In this document: one piece after another, positions 24,586 through 37,518 of the stretch
How positions within the stretch are numbered: position 1 is the first letter of the stretch
Layout: each line of letters begins with the position of its first letter
Source: Octopus vulgaris
Lineage: Eukaryota
DNA: 64,000 bases
Reading direction: 5' to 3'
NCBI GenBank assembly: GCA_951406725.2
Contig: OX597826.1
Location: 12,524,001 to 12,588,000 of the forward strand
Made by a program: the position numbers and the translations under genes
Notes under the pieces: generated by a model
What the model saw: the letters and a program-made list of their open reading frames with translations, nothing else
The model's database searches: none
Told to the model about the DNA's origin: nothing

Positions 24586-25218
24586 GGCACATGTATTACA
24601 CTCAGAATAGTGCCTCCAATTTCGCTCTTTTTGGATGTAAATTTAATTCCTTTTTTAATATACATTTCATTGTAGTTTCGTTTAATCTACCACCTAGCTT
24701 CAAGCTTCGATCTAATTTCAGTGATCTCTCTGTTATGTGTATTTTACCATATATGGAAGACATAGAAAATGCTTCTAAACACTTTTGTAACGAGCTTTGA
24801 AACATTTTTTGTATAAGGCTTCGTTAGCAGTTGGTTGTTTAATCAATGTGCTTAACGTAACGTGTTTAACGTGACAATTTCACTTTTTACACGTACGTAC
24901 GAATTTCGCTGTCACATTAAGTGGCGTGGAAGAATCTTTGTGAAACCCTTTCTATAGTAACTATGTATTACCATTACTTCATTATTTGAAGTGGATAAAT
25001 AAACCCAAGGGGTTGTAAATTGGAATGCTGTATAAAACATGTGCGCAATTCGCAGTTGTCAACTCAGAATATAGAGCTAACTAGACATTTCTCATAATTA
25101 CTTCAATACATATTCGCCGGCGACAAACACTTTTCTCTGTACCGAGACCGTGTCATCGACGAGTGCACAACTTCTCTTTGTTTGATCAAGACCAGACATT
25201 GTTGTAGACCTGTGTTTA

Positions 25219-25626
25219 GTCGTTGAGCTGGCAGACACATAAGCACGCCGGGCATGATGCTGAGGCAGTATTTCGTCTGTCTTTACATTCTGAGTTCATA
25301 TTCTACCGAGATCGACTTTGCCTTTCATCTTTTCGGTGTCGATAAATTAAGTACTAGTTGTGTGCTGGGGTCGATCTAATCGACAGGCCTCTCCCCCAAA
25401 ATTTCGGGCTTCGTGCCTAGAGTAGAAAAGAAACGTTAGCACGCCGGACAAAATGTTTAGCAGCATTTCGTCCGTCTTTACGTTCTGAGGTTAAAATTCC
25501 ACCGAGGTCGTCTTTGCCTTGCATCCTTTCGAGGTCAATAAAATAAGTACCAGTTAAACTCTAGGGTCGATTTAATCGACGTATCCCCTCCCTTTTGCTG
25601 CCTTGTGCCAAAATTTGAAACTATTA
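25219..25626 (+). mobile_element. Two tandem or nested SINE family A copies
   Basis: Two agcacgccgg...ttctgag(t/g)t...gccttt(c)atc...aagtac units, 25219-25430 and 25431-25626. Confidence 0.8.
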
Positions 25627-27944
25627 TAAACCTGTGTTAAAATTGTTAAAATATGACTGTAACTTTGTGTATATTATACGACCTTGTAAACTTTTGTTCA
25701 TTGCAAACAATGTTCTGAAAATTATTTGAAAGTTATCATAAAACATTTAAAACATTACTAAGATTTCAGTTCCTCTAAATCACCTAACAGTTACAATGTG
25801 CTTCATCTACTATATATCCTTTATTCAAAGCTGCATATAATTCATGAAAGAAAAATATAAAATCGGATAATTATAAAACGCAAGATAGTTCTAGCTTCAC
25901 TTAGTTGACATTTCATATATACTAATGACTAAAGAGTTCCTCGATTGTAAATCGCATATACGCATATCAGGAAAATATTTATATTTTTAAAATTTATTTT
26001 GTAATTTCATATTAAAATATAGTTTTATATTTAGATATTTCATTACTTTCCACTTCGTAGATTTAGATCTTGTCAGTTTCTACATTTGAGGAAATTCAAC
26101 TCCATTTGAATATTTTCTTTTCACAACAATGCTACCGAATACTAACAAACAGAAACGGAACTTGCACAGCATATACAAAATGTAAATAAAATCAGATCTT
26201 AGAAATGTATAAGAATAGGTATCTAAAAATGTACAAATCAGACCTTACTCTGAAGGTGGAAATAAAAATATTTCCCAAGAATAGCATATTCTAGTATAGA
26301 AAGTGCTTCATAATCCTTTCTATGGTACCTTTTATAAAAATAGACACCAACATCAAAATTACCAAATTAAATGAAATCTTATATGCAGCATCCACCGCAG
26401 GTACAAAAGAAAATGCGCAAATATTTTTTCATAGAAGAATAACAATACCCAAGCAAAATGCCGTGCAAAACACGTAGACAATAACAGACAGAAAATATGA
26501 AAGATTTTTCAATTTATAACGAAATTAATAAAGAATTAACAAAACCGAAAAAGAGAAGAATTCCATAAAATACTAAAGATTTATAACGATAAAAGTAGTC
26601 TCTGACATCAAAGAACGGCCGAAACATGTGAAGGCAAGATCAAAGCTAATCGATGAAATTTTGCGGTCAAGGATCACTGGGAAAAGAAATATCGAAGTAT
26701 CATTCCCAACAGATGATAATGTATCTCCCAGAGAAATTAGTTTGATACAAAGATCTGGGGTACTTAAGAATCAAATCAAATAGACAGTGTGAGAGTATGC
26801 ACAAATGAAAGCAAAGATTACGAATGAATGTTATAATATTATTCTAGTGAAATATTATGGAAAACTAATATAAATAGTTACACATCACGGAAAAAGTATC
26901 AGAAAAACTATTTTCTGTCTTCAACAAAGCCAATAAATACAAAATGCAGACTATAAAAGCATGTAATAAAAGAGAAAACCAACAGAAATGAAAAATAGGC
27001 TAAAATTGGTGCTAATTGCAGAGAAATGTATATGGCATCAGTTCTTTAGCTGTCTCAGTGAAAATGCAGAAACCGAAAGAGAATGATTCCTAAAATAGTA
27101 GGTGCCTTAGAAATGAATAATAATACACACGAAAATACGTTTTCGAGATCGCAAGACTTAAAAGTTTTCACAACACAGACAATAGAATCACTAGTCACAG
27201 AACATACGTAGTACATACAGTAATTTCAATGAAATGGAAGCAACGAATCCTCGCCAAGGAAACTACTCGTACTCAAAATATACAGAACTGTGTTCCATTG
27301 TCCGCTGATTACCCGTAATATAATTAAGACTAGGGAATAACAATAACAACAAAAATAGCAACATAAAAAACAACAACAACGACAACAATAATTTGAAGAA
27401 GAAGAAGAACAGCAACAAAGCATCATAGAAAATAAAAACGACAATAGAAGGCTCTAGCGAGGTTAAATATGTTTGGTAGCTACCAGGCGAAATATAAACT
27501 CCATTACTAACGAAATAAGCAATAAGCTCACAGAACCAAAATGAATAAAGATAATTGTATAACTAATACACTAAATAACTTTCAAGTTTATTGAACTTTA
27601 TCTCATACAATGTATTACAAACATTCACACTCTTAAACTTTAGGGTACAACATGTAAATAGATTAACAATGCACCAATCCAATTTAGCATTTTTAAAAAC
27701 TAACGTAGCGTCAGAATTATATATTACTGACTTCGCAATCTAATAAATAACAAAGAATACCAATAAAAATCGTACCATTTAGCTGAATATTAAAAGAGAA
27801 ATATGTGCCCCAAATTTTATACGTAAAATTACGAAAATAGGACGAATGAAAGTCGACATCGACAGAAAAAGAGGAGCCGGCAACCGACGGAAATGCTGAT
27901 GATCTATATAAGGATTTTAGGTTTTCACTTACGGGTGTAATATT

Positions 27945-28181
27945 TAATTCTTTATTGCCTACAAGGGGCTAAACATAGAGGGAACAAACAAAGACGGACT
28001 AAGGGACTAAGTCGATTACATCGACCCCAGTGCGTAACTGGTACTTATTTAATCGACCTTGAAAGGATGAAAGGCAAAGTCAACCTCGGCGGAATTTGAA
28101 CTCAGAATGTAGCGGTAGACGAAATACCACCAAGCATTTCGCCCGGCGTGCTAATGTTTCTGCCAGCTCGCCGCCTTCAAG
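27945..28181 (-). mobile_element. SINE family A, full length
   Basis: 12-bp TSD gggtgtaatatt (27933-27944 / 28182-28193). Confidence 0.9.
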
Positions 28182-28366
28182 GGGTGTAATATTGGGAGAG
28201 AGAAGCATAAGCGATTTGTTCGACTCCTAGACAAATTTCACGTTTCCTCTTCAGAGTCGCACACAAAATAGAATAAGCATGAAGAGACACAAGAGAAACA
28301 TGTTACTATCGTACATGCATATTGTTTTTGTTTTTTTTTACGGACACTTTACTTAAGAAACATATA

Positions 28367-28787
28367 TACTCTCTTTTACTCTCTTTTTACTCTCTTTTAC
28401 TTGTTTCAGTCATTTGACTGCGGCCATGCAGGAGCACCTCCTTTAATCGAGCAACTCGACCCCGGGACTTATTCTTTTGTAAGCCCAGTACTTATTCTAT
28501 CGGTCTCTTTTGCCGAACCGCTATGTTACGGGGACATAAACACACCAGCATCGGTTATCAAGCAATGCTAGGGGGACAAGCACAGACGCACAAACACACA
28601 CGCGCATATATATATACATATATACGACAGGCTTCTTTCAGTTTCCGTCTACTAAATCCACTCGCAAGGCTTTAGTCGGCCCGATGCTATAGTAGAAGAC
28701 ACTTGCCCAAGGTGCCACGCAGTGGGACTAAACCCGGAACCATGTGGTTGGTAAACAAGCTACTTACCACACAGCCACTCCTGCGCC
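28367..28787 (-). mobile_element. SINE family B, full length
   Basis: Head ggcgcaggagtggctgtgtggtaag, tail (gagtaaaa)n; near mirror of 29135-29540. Confidence 0.92.
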
Positions 28788-29134
28788 AACATTTCCGTAT
28801 TAAATACAGAGAATTTATCTCACATCTAAACGTAACTTTGGACCTTTACAACTAACTAAATTAAGATGTGATTTAAAGCAACCAAGATATCAGAAATCGA
28901 AATAGGGCAAATTAATAAATGCAGTAAACGCTGAAATGGCGATTACAAACCATACAACAAAATTTAAAGCATTTAAAATATAAACCGTGACCATAGACCG
29001 AAAATAAACAAAACAAATAAAGTAAGAATGATATAACACGGGAAACAGCTTTAGAACAATTCCGTAGAGGAGATGAACGAAAACTGACCTAAATAACAAA
29101 TAGAAATAGAAAGGAAAAACGAGATTTAAGAATA

Positions 29135-29540
29135 GGCGCAGGAGTGGCTGTGTGGTAAGTAGCTTGTTAACCAACCACATGGTTCCGGGTTCATTCCCAC
29201 TGCATGGCATCTTGGGCAAGTGTCTTCTGCTATAGCCTCGAGCCGACCAATGCCTTGTGAGTGGATTTGGTAGACGGAAACTGAAAGAAGCCTGTCGTAT
29301 ATATATATATGTGTGTGTATGTATTTGTATGTCTGTGTTTGTCCCCCTAGCATTGCTTGACAACCGATGCTGGTGTGTTTACGTCCCCGTCACTTAGCGG
29401 TTCGGCAAAAGAGATCGATAGATTAAGTACTGGGCTTACAAAGAATTAGTCCCGGGGTCGATTTGCTCGACTAAAGGCGGTGCTCCAGCATGGCCGCAGT
29501 CAAATGACTGAAACAAGTAAATGAGTAAAAGAGAGAGAGT
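29135..29540 (+). mobile_element. SINE family B, full length
   Basis: A box tggctgtgtgg, B box gggttcattccc, cttgggcaagtg core, central TA/TG microsatellite, conserved tail. Confidence 0.92.
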
Positions 29541-30234
29541 AACTGGATTCTTTGCAGGTAGAAATCATAAGCACGAGAAGATTCTAAACCTCAAAATAAT
29601 TAAATTAAAATTAATTGGAGACCACCTTACAAATCAAGAACAGCGTATTCCAAAAATAAAACTTATCTATGATATACCAACATCTATAAAACGAAGCTAG
29701 GTATCTCAAGCTTACAGAATATAGACATGAGCACGAAGCTAAATGAAATAATAATATTTCAGTAGCTATAGTAGTTATGAAAGAAAATTTCATCAGAACT
29801 ACTCAAATAAGCATCACAAAAACCGAGTAAACGATATCGAAAGCAAATATACGAAAAAAGAGAAGAAATTGTGAATCTTTTATGAAATAAATAACACGAA
29901 GAAAATTATTAACGACAAAAATATTACATAAGAGAGAGAAAAATAGAATAAAACAACCCAAATGAAAGAAAACCATAAACAAGAGTTCTTTATTAAAGAA
30001 AGCACTTCGATTGTAACCTGAGACAATTTTATCAAAAACTAGATGAAAAAAGAGAACGTAATCAATATAAGAACAGCAGGAAGAATACAAAAAAATTGGT
30101 CGAAGTGTGGACAAGAAAGGGATTGCATTGGATGGAAAAAATGTTCAAAACAACTAACGAACGCAGCGACTGAGCTGAAAAGTTTTTTGCACACTAGAAG
30201 CCAAGAAAATAATGGTGGAGTGGAAATCCTCAAG

Positions 30235-30590
30235 TAGTTGACCTCAGTACTTGACTCCTTTGGTACCAGGGCACTTAGCAGGACTATGGGTTACAACTGA
30301 TCGCATTTTGTATCCAACCAAAAACTCCACTGAGAACCTGGAATGCATCCTGTAACTTGAATGACTCGATTTTCCGAATACGATCCTGCTTGCAATGTTC
30401 TTTCCACTGAGATTGGGTCGACGGCTTATGTTGGTCGACCACATGCCCCTTGACCACAGCAGATGAGGAAGTATCCTGAAGAGATGGGGACTGACAGGGA
30501 CTCTGGTCGAAGGATCGCCCCGGGAAAGTATTGTCAAATTGTGAATGCAGCAATGCACTGCAACGGCGCATGCGCCGACATCTGAACCTA
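30235..30590 (+). mobile_element. RTE-clade LINE 3' fragment (second RTE family)
   Basis: With stops and frameshifts reads LDSFGTRALSRTMGYN*SHFVSNQKLH*EPGMHPVT...DPACNVLS...GRPHAP*PQQM...EMG...YCQIVNAAMHCNGAC, a typical RTE C-terminus. Confidence 0.8.
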
Positions 30591-30653
30591 AACTTGGGGT
30601 TTCAATAGAGGGGAAAATCTCAGCAGGTGCACAAGGTACTAGAAAGAAAGAGT

Positions 30654-30684
<31 letters not shown>

Positions 30685-31880
30685 ACAGACAGACAGACAG
30701 ACAGAGAAGGGGGAGACAGGAAGATGGTGGAGGAACGGAGAAAGCGACAGAAGCATTAAAATGTCAGATGGTAAATATGTCAGCGTGGAATCAGCGACGC
30801 CAAATAGCATAAAAATTGCTATCGAAATGCGTTTTGAATAAATTTAAATATTCTCGTTGAAAATAAACCCCCCATAAATTTTCCGCGTGTATAGTAGAGC
30901 TTTTCTTTAAACGAGTGTATATTCTCAAGTGTAAATTACATTTCAATTTCCCACCAGTTTCCTCCCTAAATCTTAGGAACAACAACGTCTCTCCTGATAA
31001 GGTTCTATATAGATTTTTTATCCAATATTTTTCAGGTTGTCTGTTTGTTTTGAACAGGAGATATACATCACACAATTCAAAGATCGAATATTCTGTTGTT
31101 GCTTAGCAACATATGAAACATCTTCGAGCTGTCCATGATCAAAAGCAATCCAGCCATGTCCATCCTACTCTGTGGTTTAGATGTGTGTATACTGTATTTA
31201 AGGTTGTTTGTGTATGTGCGTAAGTGGGTATTATGTATTATATATGCCTATGTATAACAATTATACACACATGCACTCACACACACACGTACATGCGCAC
31301 GCACACTCACACACACACACATATATATATGTAGATACATATAGGGAGAGAGAAAATGAGAATGAGAGAAAGAAAGAATGAAAAAGAGAGATAGAGAAAG
31401 AATATTTCGTCGATAGAGAGAGATGCAGAAGTGGTATTACTTATACAGGAGGGAAGTAGAAAGAGTGTGGGAAGAAGAAATAGAACATGAAGCATAAAGA
31501 CAGAGAAATAAATTGAAATGTTTCGGAAAGGTCAACTGCTGTTACCGAGAGATGATTACAGAGCTTAAGATACAACGTAACATGGCTAAATGGAAATACA
31601 GATGACGTATTGCATGATCACATGGCATTTCAAACAATCACGTGATAAGAAAAGGAAGAATATTGCTATTCTCTATGTTACTTATATTTTCATGATACGA
31701 CATATTCGGTTCTTCATTTTGATATTAAGTGTATTAAACATATTGAAGAAAAAGCCGAGAAACAGAGAGATGTGCTTGTCCAATTTTGACAAGTGTGTCT
31801 AGAATATGTTAGTATATGCGTGCACATGTCTGCGTATAGGGTGTGTGGTTTTGAATATGTGTATATATGCGTGCGTGTGT

Positions 31881-32500
31881 GGAGGCGCAATGGCTCAGTG
31901 GTTAGGGCAGCGCACTCGCGGTCGTAGGATCGCTGTTTCGATTCCCAGACCGGGCGTTGTGAGTGTTTATTAAGCAAAAACACCTAGTTCCATGAGGCTC
32001 CGGCAGGAGATAGTAGCAGGCACTTGCCCAAGGTGCCACGCAGTGGCGCTGAACCCGGAACCATGTGGTTGGTAAGCAAGCTACTTACCACACAGCCACA
32101 CCTGGTATGTATGTATGTATGTATGTATGTATGTATGTATGTATGTCCGTATGTATGAGTCTATGCAACTATATATAGTTTATAGGCACAGGCTTGCTTT
32201 GTGATAAGAAGCTTGCTTACCAACCACATGATTCCGGGTTCAGTCCCACTGCGTGGCAACTTGGGCAAGTGTACTCTTTCACTACAACTTTCTCTCACTC
32301 TTTCTTCCTGTTTCTGTTATACGTGTATTTCAAAGGGTCAGCCGCGTCACACTGTGTCACCCCGAATCTCGCCGAGAACTATATTAAGGGTACACGTGTC
32401 TGTGGAGTGCTCAGCCTCTTGCACGCTAATTTCATGAGCAGGGGTTCCGATGATCGGATCAACTGGAACCCTTGTCGTCGTAACCACGTAGTGCCACAAT
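31881..32500 (+). mobile_element. SINE family C interrupted by a 251-bp insertion (32021-32271)
   Basis: Head ggaggcgcaatggctcagtggttagggc..gtttcgattccc; body resumes at tgtactctttcac (32270). Confidence 0.85.
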
Positions 32501-32595
32501 GTGTACGTGTGTATGTTGGCACGTTGAAGTCCTAATCCTTGTGTATGATGCGAGAAATTTAGTCTTACATGTGTAAATACATATATCTTTCACCA

Positions 32596-33029
32596 TTTTA
32601 TCTTTTACTTCTTTCAGTCAATTGACTGCAGCCATGCTGGAGCACCGTCTGGAGGAAATTTTAGTTGAATGATTCGACCCCGTCCGTACTTATATTGTGT
32701 TAAGCTTGGTACTTGTTCTATCTCTCTTCTTTGCCGAACCGCAAAATTCCTGGGACGTAAACACACCAACACCGGTTGTCTAGTGCTATGGGAGGAGAAA
32801 CACAGATACAAACACATACACGCACACACACACACACACACACGCGCGCAAACACACACACACACACACATACAGGCATTCAGGACAAGGCTCCGTCAAC
32901 CACATCCACTCACAAAGTTGTGGTCGGCGCAAGGCTATAATAGAAGACACTTGCCCAAGATGCCACACAGTAGGACTGAACCTGGAACCATGTGGTTGGT
33001 AAGCAAGCTTCTTATCACAAAGCCAGCCT
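32596..33029 (-). mobile_element. SINE family B, full length (head-to-head with 33099)
   Basis: Tail ttcagtcaattgactgcagccatgctggagcacc through head cttatcacaaagccagcctgtgc. Confidence 0.85.
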
Positions 33030-33098
33030 GTGCATATAAACTATATATAGTTGCATAAACTCATACATACGGGCATGCATACATATATAAATACATAC

Positions 33099-33239
33099 CA
33101 GGAGTGGCTGTGTGGTAAGTAACTTGCTTACCAACCACATGGTTCCGGGTTCCCTCCCACTGCGTGGCACCTTGGGCAAGTGTCCTCTACTATAGCCTCG
33201 GGCCGACCAAAGCCTTGTGAATGGATTTGGTTGACGGAA

Positions 33240-33276
<37 letters not shown>

Positions 33277-33481
33277 TGTGGCTGTGCCCCCCCCCCCAAC
33301 ATCGCTTGACAAAAGATGGTTGTGTGTTTACGTCCCCGTAACTTAGAGGTTCGGTAAAAGAGACCGATAGAATTAGCACTAGGCTTACAAAGAATAAGTG
33401 CTGGGATCGATTTGCTCGACTAAAGGCGGTGCTCCAGTATGGCCGCAGTCAAATGACTGAAACAAGTAAAACAGTAAAAGA
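33099..33481 (+). mobile_element. SINE family B, full length
   Basis: caggagtggctgtgtggtaag...(TG)n...aaatgactgaaacaagtaaaa. Confidence 0.9.
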
Positions 33482-33580
33482 ATTTTAACCACAGAGATAT
33501 GTTTACTTAATATTATGGCTAAATATCATATCAACAAAATGTTATACTAGTTATAAATGATATGGACTTGTAAAGACACA

Positions 33581-34010
33581 GGCGCTGGAGTGGCTGTGTG
33601 GTACGTAGCTTGCTAACCAACCACATGGTCCCGGGTTCAGGCCCACTGCGTGACACTTTGGGCAAGTGTCTTCTACTATAGCCTCGGGCTGACCAAAGCC
33701 TTGTGAGTGGATTTGGTAGACGGAAACAGAAAGAAGTCCGTCGTACATATGTATATGTATATATATATTTATATATATATATGCGTGTGTGTATGTGTGT
33801 GTTTTTGTGTCTGTGTTTATCCCCCCAACATCGCTTGGCAACCGATGCTGGTGTGTTTACGACTGCGTAATTTAGCAGTTCCGCAAAAGAGACTGACAGA
33901 ATAAGTACCAGGCTTACAAAGAATAAATCAAGGGGTCGATTTGCTCGACTAAAGGCGGTGCTCCAGCATGGCCGTAGTCAAATGACTGAAACAAGTAAAT
34001 GAGAGTAAAG
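33581..34010 (+). mobile_element. SINE family B, full length
   Basis: ggcgctggagtggctgtgtgg...aaatgactgaaacaagtaaatgagagtaaa. Confidence 0.9.
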
Positions 34011-35449
34011 AGACAAACAACATTTGCAATAGACTCTCTAACTGTTTTTATAAACACGGTGGTCATATCTAATTGAATATTAAATATAGAAATAAAGGCA
34101 ATTCGTGGCAAAATTTTGCTGCCACCTTGAAGGCAAACAGCTGAGCACAACGTTAGGGGTTTATAAGGTCGGTAATGCAAGGAAGCTTAAGAATGAGTTC
34201 AAAATATTTAGGTATTTTTCATTTTGGTATGAAGCTACAGATTTCTGTGAAAGGATTATAACTAAATGAACCAAATCGACTATTTATGTGCATCAATTTA
34301 CGTAACTAAATATATTTGATTCTAAAACGCAGAAGGAAGAATTTTATCGTTCAAAGGCGTAGCTTGATGGCATACTAACACTTCTAAATGATCGAAGTTT
34401 CAACAGAGAAAAATATTTTTATTAAAAAAACAATCTTTCATGAGAATAATATCCTACATTAACCTACATAGAGAGAACCATTGTGCAAAAACTCTGTTCT
34501 TCATTAAGATCATTATTATTATCACATCATATTTACCATTCTTTGTTTTATTACTCTACATAATATTTTCATAAGCATTGAGCTCTTATTTGATATATTA
34601 CTGCAGAATGGTCATTCATTAAGTCATTACGAGGCTTTCCTTGTGTACTTATCGTTACTTCTGTTTATGGTTAGAAAGTTTGCATTCTCATAAGTTTATT
34701 ATATATCATTAGAGTAATTTTGTATTATTAATGTACTGTTATTGTATTGTACTTATATGTTAGCGGGAGCTTTTTACGAGTTTGTTGTTACAAATGTATC
34801 TATTGTTAGAATTTTTGCTGCAAAGAATTATTTGTCGTATAAATACAGTAGCATTTCTTTTGTAACTTACCGAACAGACACGCACGTAGTCACCATGCAG
34901 AGTTTATATGTCTATATTCTATAACTATTGTATGCCTGTATCTATATTTATCTCTCTCTCTACAGGCACACAAACTCACACCCGTACGCACGTACACACA
35001 CACATGAATGTAATGAGTTCAGGCAGTACAATTTTAGCTTTCATTAGCGATATTTTTAACCACAGAGAGTGTATGACATCTGAGCACGTGGTCGCTGCTG
35101 TGTGGATATTGTATAACAACTCTGGAAACTAGCTCTATGTTATCAGGTGATGAAAAATACGGAATATTTATTGCATGTTACCCCACGGGTATGTTGGTGT
35201 ATCGGCGATAATTTAACTCGTCAGTCAATGTTGAAATAAAATAACTGCTTATCATTCAACTAGACATCATATATCAGTTGTTGGCATCGGAAGTGGTTAG
35301 TGCATAAATTCACCATGTAATGTATATTTAATAAATAAACATTTAGTGTCACCATGTAAATAAATCCTCTAGTTAAACTTCGGCAATTTTTGATGCGGGA
35401 AACTAAATGAGATAATATTATACGAAGGAATATAAATTTATTTACAACG

Positions 35450-35538
<89 letters not shown>

Positions 35539-35583
35539 GTCTATCTATCTGTCTGTCTGTTTGTCTGTCTCTCTGCCTATCTG
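35450..35583. repeat. (TATC)n/(TGTC)n microsatellite
   Basis: Directly visible. Confidence 0.95.
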
Positions 35584-36183
35584 TATAAGAAGGCATTCCA
35601 TAAAATGTTTCTCACAGTATCCATTCTGGTTTGAAATTAATAGCAATGGATGCCATCACCAAAATCTTTTCTCCATAGCATTATAGCATGGCCAATTGTA
35701 ATAACTTAAGAAACTCAACTTCGGGTCTACATGAGTTGCAGATCGGGCTTCAGCTAGCTTTCCAAGGCATTTATTTGGCTGAGAGAAGACGTGTTTAGTA
35801 AATGGATTACTAGAACTTAGCAGTCATAACTCGAATTGTGCAGCAGATCTATGAGAAATGAAGCTCGTGCCGAAGAACATGTCGCACCATACGTTCGGAG
35901 TAAAGCTCATACATCTTAGTAATCTGGATGCCATTATCTTCAACGAGGAAATAAGACGTTTTGTTTTGGTGCCTCCTATTTGATGCTGCTGATTCGAAGC
36001 TGACTTTGTTATCAGATATTTTAATGCTTCTCTCTTTCAATCGTTCCCTCTCTCTGAATCTACCCCTGTCTATCTACCTGTTTGTCTCTGTCTCTCTTTT
36101 TGTATGTACGCTAGAACCTAGAATTGTTCATTGTATATGTAACGTCTCTCTCACCGCATTCTTCTCTATGCGTATATTTCTGC

Positions 36184-36599
36184 GGATCTTTTCGGTTTGA
36201 CCGGCAGTTTTTTAAAATAATTTCCACGTAACTAAACACTTTTAAACTTCGTATACTGGTAGAATGTGTTTATAAAACATCTTTTTCTCTTGGTTTTATT
36301 AAGAAAATTCTATAGTTTGTAAGATATTTGTTGTTGTTTTTCTTTAATTTCTGCAATTTCAACCAATCAATAACGTCTATTGAGGTAAAAACATTCTGTG
36401 CCGTATGAATATGTCCCTCGTTTAAGAAACAGATTGGGTTTATTTACATTTCTGAAGAAAAAAAGATACCCTTCCCCCACCCGTAACCCTAAACCTAAAA
36501 CAGATTGAAATGCAATAGATCGAAACTAGGGTCATAATTATGGGTGACAATTTCATATAACACCGCTAGAAAAAACTGCCGTTCAAACCGAAAAGATCC
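36184..36599 (-). mobile_element. TIR element with degenerate telomeric tract, copy 3
   Basis: 30-bp TIRs with 1 mismatch; CCGTAA-CCCTAA-ACCTAA at 36481-36498; 8-bp TSD atttctgc (36176-36183 / 36600-36607). Confidence 0.92.
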
Positions 36600-37266
36600 A
36601 TTTCTGCTCGCCTCTACATACGTGCGTTCATGTTTGTAGGTACAGTGTGTGTATCTGTCTGCATGTTTGCTTCCAGTGGGACGACATACACCGACTAAAA
36701 CGAACTTAGTGCCCGGTCAGCTGCGCCAGGTACCCAGCTTCCATGCGCACGCGTCAAACTACCCGATTCCGCTTCAGCACTAAGCAAGTTGTCTTCTTAT
36801 GACGAAAGACAAAATCCAATGAAAACAAGTGTAATGACTTCTGAGCAATAATACATTATCGATTACATTTTCATTATCATTCGTAAATTTTCATTTTAAA
36901 TAATTGTTGTATCTCAATTGGTATAACTGTTTTAATTCTATTTTATATTTTAAAATGTAATCAATTTTAGTTTTGAAATATTTCCATTAAATACAATCGT
37001 TTATGCTACATTAGCATACTCAGACTATGTAATTCAAATTTGCAGCAACAAAATACAAATATGAAGAGGTGTGTAGGTGTGTGGGTGTGTGGTTGGGTGG
37101 ACATGTGTACATATATATATATATATATGTATGCGTGTATGGACATATATAAATATATATACACTCATATATATATTACCTATACACACACACATATACA
37201 TATATATATACACACACACGTATCCATATATGTATAAAGAATATATATATTTATGTGTATGTATTC

Positions 37267-37316
<50 letters not shown>

Positions 37317-37322
37317 ATATAT

Positions 37323-37452
37323 TTTATTATATAGAAGGAGCTTCTATAGGACTAGTACTGTTTCATTCAAGAGAAATCTTCAGGAAGCTTCCTGAAGATT
37401 TCTCTTGAATGAAACAGTACTAGTCCTGTAGAAGCTCCTTCTATATAATAAA
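37323..37452. repeat. 130-bp loopless palindrome containing a hammerhead-like core (probable Penelope-like fold-back tail)
   Basis: 65-bp arms centred on AAGCTT (37385-37390), one mismatch (37347/37428); CTGAAGA (37392)...GAAAC (37411)-AGTACTA-GTC. Confidence 0.9.
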
Positions 37453-37518
37453 TTAATTTTACTCTGCTATGTATTGAGTACCTTACTTACTGTGGTTAAC
37501 CCCGAATCAACCCGGGAC

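Larger units (their letters stand above)
26340..30234 (+). pseudogene. Very old R4/Dong-like LINE relic, fragmented by later SINEs
   Basis: A-rich + strand; colinear residual peptides ITKLNEILYAASTAGT (~26358), PCKTRRQ*QTENMKDFS (~26460), KLINAVNA (~28909), ENVINIR..KCGQE (~30052), ENNGGVEIL (~30205) fit the R4-type ORF order. Confidence 0.45.

Noticed and set aside
30244-30810. 188-aa minus-strand ORF with an apparent polypyrimidine/AG acceptor
   Set aside because: It is the antisense of an RTE 3' fragment plus a GA microsatellite.
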